A DNA stretch of 41,629 bases, from positions 1 to 41,629 of the IMG/VR virus record IMGVR_UViG_3300020045_012448; one strand, written 5' to 3'. Source of the DNA: a virus. Lineage: Duplodnaviria > Caudoviricetes. Position 1 is the first letter of the stretch. Every line of letters begins with the position of its first letter. This document shows positions 27,317 to 36,229 of the stretch, in pieces. The position numbers were made by a program, and so were the translations under genes. The notes beneath the pieces are model-generated. The model made no database searches. It had not been told where the DNA came from and saw only the letters and a list, made by a program, of their open reading frames with translations.

Positions 27317-29159
27317 TGAACTCACGGAAAAAATAATACTTGATGCAGAAGACAAAACGTCGGGCGCGTTTAAAAGTGTCCAACAAAATCTTGGAACACT
27401 AAAAGGTCGTCTGGACGCTGCAGCGCCAGCATTCAAAGCGATTGCCGTTGCTGGTACGGTTGCACTAGGTGCCATAGCGACGGGGGTGACACTTTCAATC
27501 AAGGCATATCAGGAATCGGAGCGCGCGCAAAGACAGCTGGAAGCGGCTGTTATTGGCGTCTCAAAAGGAACGCAAGCACAGGTTGATCAAATAAATACAT
27601 TGGCAACGGCATTGCAGCGTAAATCTGGAATTGACGGTGATGCTCTGGCTATGGGGGCGGCACAGCTTTCCACATTCGGGCTGCAAAGTAAATCGGTTGT
27701 AGATCTCACCAAATCCTTAGCAGATCTCACGGTTAATCAGAATGGAGTAAATGCCGGAGCCGATCAGTACGTACAGAGCGCAAACACCATTGCAAAAGCA
27801 CTCAATGGGCAATTTGGGGTATTAGAGAAATCAGGTATCCGGTTCACTGACGCGCAAAAAAAAACAATCCAATTCGGTAAAGAAAGCGAGAAAGTAGCTG
27901 CGATTCAACAAGGGCTTGCTCAAAACCTCCGAGAAACAACCGATACGATGGGTGGAATTGATGCGGCAACGGCCAAATTGAGCCGACAATTTGGAGAAAT
28001 TCAGGAAAATATTGGTGGTGCTTTAAGCGATTCTTTTGTGGATTTGGCAAATAAAATATTGCCAGTGATCGATAGTATAAGAGGATGGACAGAGAAAAAT
28101 CCGAAACTAACTGTAAAAATTCTTGAATGGAGTACGGCGATTGCGGCAATTGTTACAGCTCTGGGTTTAGCGGGCATCGCAATTCCAAAAATAATAACGG
28201 GAATTGGCTTATTCAAGACAGCGGTTGGGGCGCTCGGCTCAATGTTGAAAATGGATTTATTGCCATTGTTGACAAATCCGTGGGTGTTGGCCTTTGCAGC
28301 CGCTGCTGCAGCAATATATTTGTTGTGGAATAACAGTGAAAGTTTCCGAAATACTGTAATGATGTTATGGGCAGAAATTCAACAAAATTTATTGCCATTA
28401 TTGTCAAAACTATGGAGTTCATTTGTTGATTTGGCGACGACGATATGGACTGGCATCAAGCCATCCTTGGAAAATATATGGGAGCAGCTCGTTAAGCTCA
28501 AACCCGCATTTGATTTTATTGCGCAAGTTGTCGGTGATTTAGTTTATGTATTATTCGTGGGACTAATCGGAATTATTGAAGGAGTCGTCATCTGGCTTGA
28601 ACAATTTTGTGAAGGATTAAAAATATTACTCGGATGGCTTGGGCCACCACTGCTGCAGGCATTATCGTGGGTATCAGATCGAATAATGGAAGTCGTTCAC
28701 GCATTCCAGTCAGTCGTTGAGTGGGTTGGGAAAGCAATAGATATGTTTGCAAAATGGGTTACGCAATCGTCAGGATATCAAAAAGGAACAGACTTATTCA
28801 ATTCTGGAATTTCCGGAAGTCAACTTTCACAAGCACTAAGTAATTCGCCCCTTAATCAGGCAATTTCCGCATCGCCTCTCAATCAAAGTCTGATACCGGG
28901 GCTTGGCTCATCTTCTGGATTCGGACTGCAACAATTTGCCGCTGGTGGTATAGTGGAAGGTGCTAGTGGGTCACCACAGATAGCAATCGTGCACGGCGGG
29001 GAACGCGTGCTAACAGCTTCAGAAGCTAAAAATACAGGACAGACTTTTAATTTTATTTTTAATGGGGATGTCGTTGGCGACGAAGGCATAAAGCAAGTAA
29101 TTCAGAAAGCCATTGATTCGCTGAACCGAAAAAATACGCTTACATTATCAGGCGTTTAA
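27309..29159 (+). CDS. Tape measure protein
   Basis: AEDKTSGAF N-terminus, periodic W/F helical repeats, C-terminal FAAGGIV...VHGGERVL. Confidence 0.92.
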   Translation: MSDELTEKIILDAEDKTSGAFKSVQQNLGTLKGRLDAAAPAFKAIAVAGTVALGAIATGVTLSIKAYQESERAQRQLEAAVIGVSKGTQAQVDQINTLATALQRKSGIDGDALAMGAAQLSTFGLQSKSVVDLTKSLADLTVNQNGVNAGADQYVQSANTIAKALNGQFGVLEKSGIRFTDAQKKTIQFGKESEKVAAIQQGLAQNLRETTDTMGGIDAATAKLSRQFGEIQENIGGALSDSFVDLANKILPVIDSIRGWTEKNPKLTVKILEWSTAIAAIVTALGLAGIAIPKIITGIGLFKTAVGALGSMLKMDLLPLLTNPWVLAFAAAAAAIYLLWNNSESFRNTVMMLWAEIQQNLLPLLSKLWSSFVDLATTIWTGIKPSLENIWEQLVKLKPAFDFIAQVVGDLVYVLFVGLIGIIEGVVIWLEQFCEGLKILLGWLGPPLLQALSWVSDRIMEVVHAFQSVVEWVGKAIDMFAKWVTQSSGYQKGTDLFNSGISGSQLSQALSNSPLNQAISASPLNQSLIPGLGSSSGFGLQQFAAGGIVEGASGSPQIAIVHGGERVLTASEAKNTGQTFNFIFNGDVVGDEGIKQVIQKAIDSLNRKNTLTLSGV

Positions 29160-29171
29160 TCTACTTAAAAT

Positions 29172-30440
29172 ATGGCAGGAACAATAAAATTTGACGGCGT
29201 TGATTTGCTTACAACGGATTACAATCCTCGTTTTATCAAACACGAATCAAGTCCAGACATACAATTGGATGTGATGGATCTGGCGAATGAGGACGGAGCC
29301 GTGCAGATCAGTGATCGCACAGGAAGCAAAATTATCACAACGCAAGGCATCCTCGTCGGCACTTCAGAGTCCGACTTGGAGGCTAAGATTGATGCCTTTA
29401 AGGAACTTTTTAGACGTGTAAATAAAGTGCTATATATTAACTGGAATGGCACATCAAGGCAATATATAGCGAGTTGTAGATTACATAGTTTTGACCGGGA
29501 TCATTTCAATATTGGATATGTGCCGTGGACTGCCGAATTTCTGGTTCCGACTGGAATTGCGGAAGCATCAACAGAAAGTAATCTAGAGGGGTATTTATTT
29601 ACTACATGGGAATATGACGCGACCGCGCTAAATTTTCTGGGTTCTGCCCCCCCACTTCCACGCATTAGCGTTACTGGTTATGATGCGGCCAGCTCGAATG
29701 CGCTAGGCATAGAAATCAAAAACACTGATACTGGCGAAAGAATGGTATATACTCGCGCTGGTGGGATCACTCAGAATATTCCCGTAGTGTTTGACTGCAG
29801 ATTAAAGACTGTTGCCGGCGACATTGCCCCCTCAAATTATTATGGAGTTTTTCCAAAATTTCTGCCGGGAATTGCGAACAATCTCCACGTGCGTGTCGGT
29901 GATATTATTGCCGAAAGCCATGAAATTTCCGATATGAATAATGTGGATGCTGCCACGATTACTTCTACGAGATCATATTGCGAGAGTGTAATTTTACCTT
30001 TTGCAGATGCTACTTTTAGGGGGATTGAATTGTATATAAGAAAAAGTGGAAGTCCAAGCACTGATTTAGTTTGCACTATTATGGGATCGGATGCATCTGG
30101 GAATCCATATGGAACCATTGCTACCATGACGATTGATAAATCTCTGGTGAGTAATTCAGCCTTTGGATGGGTGCGAGTAAATTCTGCTGCAGCATTCACT
30201 TTGAACGCTAATACGAAGTACTGGATATTTTGTTCTACTACTGGAGCATCAAACTATTATTGGCTTAGAGGCGCTCCCCCTTTTAATCAATATAAGCGCG
30301 GCGGAATGGCATTTTTGGAGGGCGGAATATATACTTATGAGAATGATTACCCCGCATTTTTTCGTCTATTATTTGGTGGAAAACAAGATCTAACAAAGAG
30401 TTATTATCTTCTGATCAGTTATTTTAAGCGCTGGCTATGA
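29172..30440 (+). CDS. Distal tail (Dit)-like protein with an inserted beta-sandwich domain
   Basis: Follows the tape measure; Dit-type N-terminus and C-terminal YFKRWL; ~150-aa insertion. Confidence 0.72.
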   Translation: MAGTIKFDGVDLLTTDYNPRFIKHESSPDIQLDVMDLANEDGAVQISDRTGSKIITTQGILVGTSESDLEAKIDAFKELFRRVNKVLYINWNGTSRQYIASCRLHSFDRDHFNIGYVPWTAEFLVPTGIAEASTESNLEGYLFTTWEYDATALNFLGSAPPLPRISVTGYDAASSNALGIEIKNTDTGERMVYTRAGGITQNIPVVFDCRLKTVAGDIAPSNYYGVFPKFLPGIANNLHVRVGDIIAESHEISDMNNVDAATITSTRSYCESVILPFADATFRGIELYIRKSGSPSTDLVCTIMGSDASGNPYGTIATMTIDKSLVSNSAFGWVRVNSAAAFTLNANTKYWIFCSTTGASNYYWLRGAPPFNQYKRGGMAFLEGGIYTYENDYPAFFRLLFGGKQDLTKSYYLLISYFKRWL

Positions 30441-31615
30441 GGAAAAATCTTTCAATTAAAGTATATTCTCCGCAAAACAATTTCTTGAAGGAATGGACAA
30501 ATGCAAAATTTCAAGGATTCACCAAACAGATTAATGGCGGATTAGGTGAGTGTGTGCTGACGCTCCCGGAAAAATTTGATTATTCTGGAGCGGAATTAGC
30601 AGAAAACAATTCTGTGATAATTACGATTGCAGATAAGGATACCAAAAACGTAGAGATGAATGGGCTGGTTATTTATTCTGGCTATATATCTTTTTATGAG
30701 CCTGACGCAAGCGGTAAAAATGAATCAATTACTGTTCATCTTCTTGGCCATTACACGAAATTGGCAATGGATATACTGAAACATGGTGCGCAAACGACAC
30801 TATATTCATGCGCTATCGGATTGCAAACTGCGGCCGGATCTTCGGATGGTGATGCTGGAATAATTATGAATGCGATTCTTGCTCGTTATGCGGCGGAAAC
30901 TGCCGACCATAAATTAACAGCTCTTTCAATTCCTGTTGTTGGGCAAAATCTGAATTATGTTTTTGCGCAAATGACATACCGCGAAGCGTTAGATATTGCG
31001 ATTTCTGCCTGTCCCGACAATTATTTTTATTACATTAATGCGTATGGTGGGTTTGTCCTGAAGACACAGGATTCCCAGCCACGCCACGAGTTTGTGCGTG
31101 GCAAAAATATGTCAAAAATTCATGTTGGACGAAGCATGGAAAATATTCGCAATGTGGTTCTATTCTGGAACGGCGCTAGTGTTTATAGGGAATATTCTGA
31201 TTTAGATTCTGTCGGTAAGTATGGACGCCGCGTTCAACGTATTACGGATAAAAATGTGCAGAATGAGATATCCGCGGACAATATCGCCGCAAAATATTTG
31301 GCTGAACATAAAGACCCGGACATCATCATCACATGCACAATTCCTGATAATAATCTATATATGACGGAAGGATTATTGAAGGGGTACGACATAGAGTCTA
31401 TCGAACCCGGCGACACCTGCAGGTTTGTTGGTTTTGATGATGAGAATGCCTATGTCTTCCGTGATAATATGGTCGTTACGCAGGTGCAATATTCGCTTTA
31501 TTCTGCCGTTATTACGATTCAAAATCTAAAAACAGATTTGGTGTATCAGGCAAAATCAGCACAATCGCAAATCAATCAAATCAATGCGAATGGCGTTCCA
31601 GATAGCTATACTTAA
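30437..31615 (+). CDS. Baseplate hub / Tal-like protein
   Basis: SVGKYGRRV, YDIESIEPGD; position after Dit. Confidence 0.7.
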   Translation: MRKNLSIKVYSPQNNFLKEWTNAKFQGFTKQINGGLGECVLTLPEKFDYSGAELAENNSVIITIADKDTKNVEMNGLVIYSGYISFYEPDASGKNESITVHLLGHYTKLAMDILKHGAQTTLYSCAIGLQTAAGSSDGDAGIIMNAILARYAAETADHKLTALSIPVVGQNLNYVFAQMTYREALDIAISACPDNYFYYINAYGGFVLKTQDSQPRHEFVRGKNMSKIHVGRSMENIRNVVLFWNGASVYREYSDLDSVGKYGRRVQRITDKNVQNEISADNIAAKYLAEHKDPDIIITCTIPDNNLYMTEGLLKGYDIESIEPGDTCRFVGFDDENAYVFRDNMVVTQVQYSLYSAVITIQNLKTDLVYQAKSAQSQINQINANGVPDSYT

Positions 31616-31637
31616 TTTTTTATTGTAATATATTGCC

Positions 31638-31907
31638 ATGCCACAAGAAGATCATGATTTATTAATTGCTCTCGGGACGGAAATGCGCGGAGTCCGGAAT
31701 GACATTAAGGAATTAAAGGATGGCGTATATCCGCACATTGCAGCTCTTGAAAAAGACAAGGCAGACAAAGTTGATATGGCCTTATTGCGCGTCCAAGTTG
31801 AAAGCATGCAAAAGAAATCGGATAAATATTTTCAGATCATGACATTGTTTACGGCCGCTGCAGGAGCGGTATTCAGTCTGCTTTTGTTTCACATTTTCAA
31901 ACAATAA
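31638..31907 (+). CDS. Holin-like protein (coiled coil plus C-terminal TM helix)
   Basis: Heptad region followed by IMTLFTAAAGAVFSLLLF; adjacent to the lysin. Confidence 0.6.
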   Translation: MPQEDHDLLIALGTEMRGVRNDIKELKDGVYPHIAALEKDKADKVDMALLRVQVESMQKKSDKYFQIMTLFTAAAGAVFSLLLFHIFKQ

Positions 31908-31910
31908 AAA

Positions 31911-32534
31911 ATGGAAAACTTTTCACAGCTTGATAATCTTTGGGGATCAAAAACGATTCACGGAACAAACTTCATGCTCAAGGATTATGGTTGCACAGTG
32001 TCATGTCTGGCCGATGTTGTGAATGATTTTGGCGGCTTACTGAATCCGTTCGGCGTTGCTAATGCTTTGAGTTTCAATGCCGATGGCAAAATAATTTGGG
32101 ATTCAATAAACAAAATTAATCTCAAGTTTATTTGGCGGGGATACTCTTATGATTCTGGCAAAGTAAATGCTGCGCTTCATACAGAGAATCAGCGCGTTTT
32201 GCTTGAACTTTCAATTCCCGGTAGCTCTTTAAGGCATTGGGTTCTTGCCAATAAATTGGTGGATGTGGGAAAATATGAAGTGCGAGATCCGCTCGGCGGT
32301 AAAATCGCCATATATCCATCTGCAGAACATCCACTTATTACCGGATATGCGATTGTGGAGAAGATGCCAGTTCCGCCCGCGCCAGTCAGCGAATGGGCGA
32401 AAGATGGTTATGAATTTTGCAAAACGGAACTCGGCATGACATCCGGACCGCAAGATCCCGTGACGGCGGAAATTCTTGCGACAGTTTTATATCGCTATCA
32501 TCAAAAATTTTATGGAAAAGATTTATCCACTTGA
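31911..32534 (+). CDS. C39-like cysteine peptidase lysin with a C-terminal SLH-like domain
   Basis: FSQLD...YGCTVSCLA...HWVL...VRDP, a Pro linker, then SEWAKDGYEF...PQDPVTAEILATVLYRY. Confidence 0.72.
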   Translation: MENFSQLDNLWGSKTIHGTNFMLKDYGCTVSCLADVVNDFGGLLNPFGVANALSFNADGKIIWDSINKINLKFIWRGYSYDSGKVNAALHTENQRVLLELSIPGSSLRHWVLANKLVDVGKYEVRDPLGGKIAIYPSAEHPLITGYAIVEKMPVPPAPVSEWAKDGYEFCKTELGMTSGPQDPVTAEILATVLYRYHQKFYGKDLST

Positions 32535-32739
32535 ATACGTCGGCGGCCGGAAATTCATTGGCTTCGTGTTACTGACGCTCTGCGGCACATTTCTTGTAAT
32601 GGCAGGCCATCTTGATGGCATGGTTTTTTGGGGATTCGCCACGGGAGGCTGGAGTATTTTCTCGGCGGCAAATGTAATTGAGAAAATAAAAGCGCCGGCG
32701 GAGGAAGTTACTCAGGCGGCGCAAGATGCCAGTAAATAG
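32512..32739 (+). CDS. Holin (two TM helices)
   Basis: GGRKFIGFVLL...WSIFSAANVIEK. Start moved to the ATG at 32512. Confidence 0.7.
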   Translation: MEKIYPLEYVGGRKFIGFVLLTLCGTFLVMAGHLDGMVFWGFATGGWSIFSAANVIEKIKAPAEEVTQAAQDASK

Positions 32740-32822
32740 CGCGCGTGCGCGCTCGCATGGATGAAGTAAGAAGGCCCAATAAGCCCCTTGATAGTCCGTA
32801 ATGCGGCGCGACCGCGCATTGT

Positions 32823-33539
32823 TTACCGGCTTTCTGCTATTTCATGGCGATCAAGACGAACCTTCGCCGCCTCCCCCACTCTGAAGACACGAAACCAAGG
32901 CTCGGCCGCTCCGGAAGATTCGGACTGCGACAAACAATCAATGAGGGCCTGCCGCGACCATCGGCCAGCAAGTATGCGCATATTATTCTCGCCACGTTCC
33001 AAGATATGCAAGCGCTCAAGATTATTGGCCAGGCGGTTGAACCGGTCCATATTAATGCCAAACGTTTCCCGCGCGCCGTTCACGCCCTCGCGCTTTAAGT
33101 TTCCGTTACGAATCAAATAGTCTGCCAGCTCCGACACCGGAATGCCATCAATTAGTTTTTCTTTTTGTCTGGCGAGATCCCGCGCATGCGCCCACCTAAA
33201 CAGACGCGAAATAAAGCGGGCTATGGCGCGGCGATAAAAAAACAGACTCATCACAACAACCAGCTTCGGAATTGCGCCATTTCGCACGGTAGCACACCAC
33301 AGCAGGGATTCCGTGACATGATCCGGAGTGAGCAACGCCACACCAATGAAAAGGCCGGAAATCAATTCCGCAGTTTTTTTGATTATGTCGGTGAATTTAT
33401 GGCCGCGGATGTAGCCAGCGATCCGTTCCGACACTGCGCCAGTGATCGTGATGTGCATAGTTTCTGGATTTTTTGCATAGTTTTGCATTTGAATTTTTGT
33501 TTTATGAATATTTTTTATATTTTTTTTTTGGAATTTCAA
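32823..33539 (-). CDS. Membrane-anchored protein with a C-terminal FtsK-gamma-like winged helix
   Basis: Two hydrophobic segments, then ELADYL...ARETFGINMDRFNRLANNLERLHILERGENNMRIL. The true start may be a later Met. Confidence 0.6.
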   Translation of the reverse strand: MKFQKKNIKNIHKTKIQMQNYAKNPETMHITITGAVSERIAGYIRGHKFTDIIKKTAELISGLFIGVALLTPDHVTESLLWCATVRNGAIPKLVVVMSLFFYRRAIARFISRLFRWAHARDLARQKEKLIDGIPVSELADYLIRNGNLKREGVNGARETFGINMDRFNRLANNLERLHILERGENNMRILAGRWSRQALIDCLSQSESSGAAEPWFRVFRVGEAAKVRLDRHEIAESR

Positions 33540-33724
33540 GCATTCTGGCTAAATTTGATTGTGAATAGTCGCGCCTGCTGGCGACTATATCGTAAGCGTG
33601 ATATTAACATCTTTATTTCCTTCTTTTCTATTTTGCCTTTTTTTGCGTCCTCAATAAGATAGTCAGCATAATCTTTCCCAATTTTTTTTATACGCTTAGT
33701 GGGATAGGTCTTTGGTAATTTCAT
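33536..33724 (-). CDS. Small basic hypothetical protein
   Basis: 62 aa with its own promoter and an ATGA overlap with the next gene. Confidence 0.55.
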   Translation of the reverse strand: MKLPKTYPTKRIKKIGKDYADYLIEDAKKGKIEKKEIKMLISRLRYSRQQARLFTIKFSQNA

Positions 33725-33750
33725 TGGGACTTTTTAAAGGATATTGTTAC

Positions 33751-33779
33751 ATGATAACATAACCAGCGTAAAACATCAA
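33751..33779 (-). promoter_or_regulatory. sigma70-type promoter
   Basis: TTGATG-N17-TATCAT with TGn extension on the minus strand. Confidence 0.55.
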
Positions 33780-33818
33780 ATATATTCATTGGACTTATGC
33801 ACTGAATCCGCACAGGTT

Positions 33819-33892
33819 TTGAACGGATTTTGAACGGTTGAATCGGGCGGTGACGGGAGGTTGAATGGTGACTTGAATTGGCGGTTGAACGG
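33819..33892 (+). repeat. Array of six co-oriented TTGAAY motifs
   Basis: TTGAACGG (33819, 33830, 33885), TTGAATCGG (33838), TTGAATGG (33861), TTGAATTGG (33873). Confidence 0.75.
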
Positions 33893-33894
33893 CA

Positions 33895-34830
33895 TCAATT
33901 AGCCAATACTTCTATTGCCTTAAATATTTCGTATGCCACCTGTGGCACGATTGCGTTGCCGTATGCCTTTAATTGCTCCGCTCTGTGGCGGCTCTTGGAT
34001 AATTTAAATTTGCCCAATTCAACGGAAAGCCCATCATCCACGCTACAAAGTTCGGCTGCAACTTCAGGCCAGTTTTGATTCCAAGAGCGTTCGGTAACTG
34101 ATCGTGATGCCCTCTGTCTTTTGCCAGATGCTTGTACCCATTCATCCCCTTGTAATCTCTGGTCGCGGGCGTTGGCAACATTTGCAACGCCGTCTGCAAA
34201 TCCTTGCCGCCCTGTCCATGTATGCTTGGGCCGTTTGCGTTTTGCGCTTTCGGCGTAGGTAACAACGCAATTTTTCCGGAAAGTGTCGGGGTTTTCTTTG
34301 TCCTGCTTCCGCTCCATTGCCACGGTGCCGATTCGCTTGCTCGGCAGGTTGGCAATAAACCAAACTCGATCTCTTCGATGTGGCGCGTTGACGGCGACAG
34401 CTGGAATAATAATCGGCTGCACTTCGTACCCGATACCTTCCAGATCAGATTGCACCTGTTGGAATACCACACCGGATTCAAGAGTAATGAGGCCACGCAC
34501 GTTTTCAGCGACGACCCATGTCGGCTTGATAATTTGTATAATTCTAAGCATCTCCAGCCAGAGGAAACGGTCATCTTCCGCGCCTCTTCTTGCACCCGCT
34601 TGGCTGAACGGCTGGCACGGAAAGCCGCCGGTGATAATGTCAATTCGTCCAGTGTAATTTGATGGATTGAAGGTCTTGATGTCGCCATATCGTTTTACTT
34701 TAGGGAAATTCTTTTTTAAGACTTCATTACAGAATGGGTCATTTTCCACTTGGAATATGTTTTTCCAGCCCATCCATTCCGCCGCAAGGTCAAAGCCGCC
34801 GATGCCAGTAAATAAACTCGCGTGATTCAT
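33895..34830 (-). CDS. DNA (cytosine-5) methyltransferase, alpha chain
   Basis: Motifs I FTGIGG, IV GGFPCQPFS, VI ENV, VIII HRRDRVWF and X YGNAIVPQVA; motif IX is absent from this frame. Confidence 0.93.
   Translation of the reverse strand: MNHASLFTGIGGFDLAAEWMGWKNIFQVENDPFCNEVLKKNFPKVKRYGDIKTFNPSNYTGRIDIITGGFPCQPFSQAGARRGAEDDRFLWLEMLRIIQIIKPTWVVAENVRGLITLESGVVFQQVQSDLEGIGYEVQPIIIPAVAVNAPHRRDRVWFIANLPSKRIGTVAMERKQDKENPDTFRKNCVVTYAESAKRKRPKHTWTGRQGFADGVANVANARDQRLQGDEWVQASGKRQRASRSVTERSWNQNWPEVAAELCSVDDGLSVELGKFKLSKSRHRAEQLKAYGNAIVPQVAYEIFKAIEVLAN
33969..34574 (-). CDS. Nested alternative-frame beta chain of the C5 methyltransferase (start uncertain, 34688 or 34574)
   Basis: LLPT/LPTP repeats and motif IX-like LQPNFVAWMMGFPLNW, as in the M.EcoHK31I arrangement. 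Confidence 0.7.
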   Translation of the reverse strand: MTVSSGWRCLELYKLSSRHGSSLKTCVASLLLNPVWYSNRCNLIWKVSGTKCSRLLFQLSPSTRHIEEIEFGLLPTCRASESAPWQWSGSRTKKTPTLSGKIALLPTPKAQNANGPSIHGQGGKDLQTALQMLPTPATRDYKGMNGYKHLAKDRGHHDQLPNALGIKTGLKLQPNFVAWMMGFPLNWANLNYPRAATERSN

Positions 34831-34938
34831 TCATTTTTGTTATCATTCTTGCCTCCGAGGAGGTCTATTCCGAATTTGTCTTTGGCTTTTCGCCGAGCTT
34901 CTAGCACTGTTACATTGTTCCAATAAACGGAAGGAGCT

Positions 34939-34998
34939 TTAAGGTTCTTTTGAGTGTCCATTCATGACAGAGTTTGCGGATTTTGTTTCGTGCTGCTG
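34939..34998. repeat. 60-bp direct repeat, copy 1
   Basis: 59/60 identical to 36501-36560. Confidence 0.95.
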
Positions 34999-35170
34999 TC
35001 CTTTCGGGGTAAGTTAGGATATTTCAATCTGGCAAGACCCCAAATTAACATGGAAAATATTGTGGGGTGTTTTTTTTGCTGAAAATCCAAGGTGTAAATA
35101 GTTTGTCAAAAGGATATGTACTTTCCAAAAGTGTATTTCTTTACTCCAGTTTTTCATATTTCACTTGGCG

Positions 35171-36196
35171 TTAAAATAAGTTTTGTTGTTTAAGCCGATC
35201 TTCCCCGATTTCGCAATAGGCTGAATTTAATTCAAACCCTATAAATCTTCTCCCCATATCCTTTGCGACGCGGGCCAAAGTAAAAGCCCCCATAAACGGG
35301 TCAAGCACCAGTCCGCCCTCTGGACAACCAGCTTTTATCATTGGTTCAATAAGTGCTGTCGGGAAAGTAGCAAAGTGTGACCCTTTGAATGGAGAAGTTG
35401 TCACTGACCACACGTCACGCTTGTTTCTGAAACCCGCCTTGCCAATAGTATCACCGTTTTCCTTAAAATATCCGTTATGGTTTATCATTGATGTTCCCCC
35501 TCCCGCTTCAGAGGGGCGATATTTTTTTCTGTTTGCAGAGTTTTGTGGGTCACCCCCATGCTTACCGTTGACGGATTTAGGTACAAAACCATCAACCATC
35601 ATGGGCCCCGAATAAACGGACTTTTCCTGTATAGCCTTGTTATTAAAATAATACTTCGGGGATTTGGCCAACAGGAAAACATACTCATGGCTCTTGGTGC
35701 ATCGGTCAGTAACACTTTCTGGCATCGGATTCGGCTTATGCCAGATAATGTCTTGCCGGAGATACCAGCCGTCTTCTTGGAGGGCAAAAGCAACGCGCCA
35801 TGGGATGCCAACAAGGTCTTTAGGCTTTAACCCAGTAGGGACGATTGAGGTCGGCATATTTTGAGTGCCCTTATTACTTTTTTGTTTGAGTGTATTGCAG
35901 CCACGCCCACCCCCAGCATAGCTATCTCCCAATATCAACCAAAGTGTGCCTTCTTTTTTCAGCGCCCGCTTCACTCCCCTGAACACACTGACCATATTCG
36001 TCACATATTCCTCCGGCGTCTTTTCAAGACCAAGCTGTTCATCATTACCATAATCACGCAAGCCCCAATACGGTGGCGATGTTATGCAACAATCCACAGA
36101 ATTGTCAGGGACCAGCCTCAACCCATCCAAACAATTCCCGCAAACGACCTCGTTTATGAGTTCGTGCCAGTCCTTAATTTCTGCAAGCATGTTCAT
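35171..36196 (-). CDS. Beta-class N4-C/N6-A DNA methyltransferase
   Basis: CITSPPYWGLRDY, LRQDIIWHKPNPMPESV, HFATFP, VLDPFMG. Confidence 0.93.
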   Translation of the reverse strand: MNMLAEIKDWHELINEVVCGNCLDGLRLVPDNSVDCCITSPPYWGLRDYGNDEQLGLEKTPEEYVTNMVSVFRGVKRALKKEGTLWLILGDSYAGGGRGCNTLKQKSNKGTQNMPTSIVPTGLKPKDLVGIPWRVAFALQEDGWYLRQDIIWHKPNPMPESVTDRCTKSHEYVFLLAKSPKYYFNNKAIQEKSVYSGPMMVDGFVPKSVNGKHGGDPQNSANRKKYRPSEAGGGTSMINHNGYFKENGDTIGKAGFRNKRDVWSVTTSPFKGSHFATFPTALIEPMIKAGCPEGGLVLDPFMGAFTLARVAKDMGRRFIGFELNSAYCEIGEDRLKQQNLF

Positions 36197-36229
36197 TTCG
36201 TAGGTCTTAAAGTTTCCCGTGAACTATAT

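Noticed and set aside
32738-32753. AGCGCGC-GT-GCGCGCT palindrome between the convergent arms as a terminator
   Set aside because: It has a 2-nt loop, low complexity and no U-tract on either strand.
33819-33892. Repeat array as a CRISPR array
   Set aside because: The units are 8-9 bp with very short irregular spacers and there is no cas operon; the Cas4-like fold at 3944 is a generic PD-(D/E)XK nuclease.
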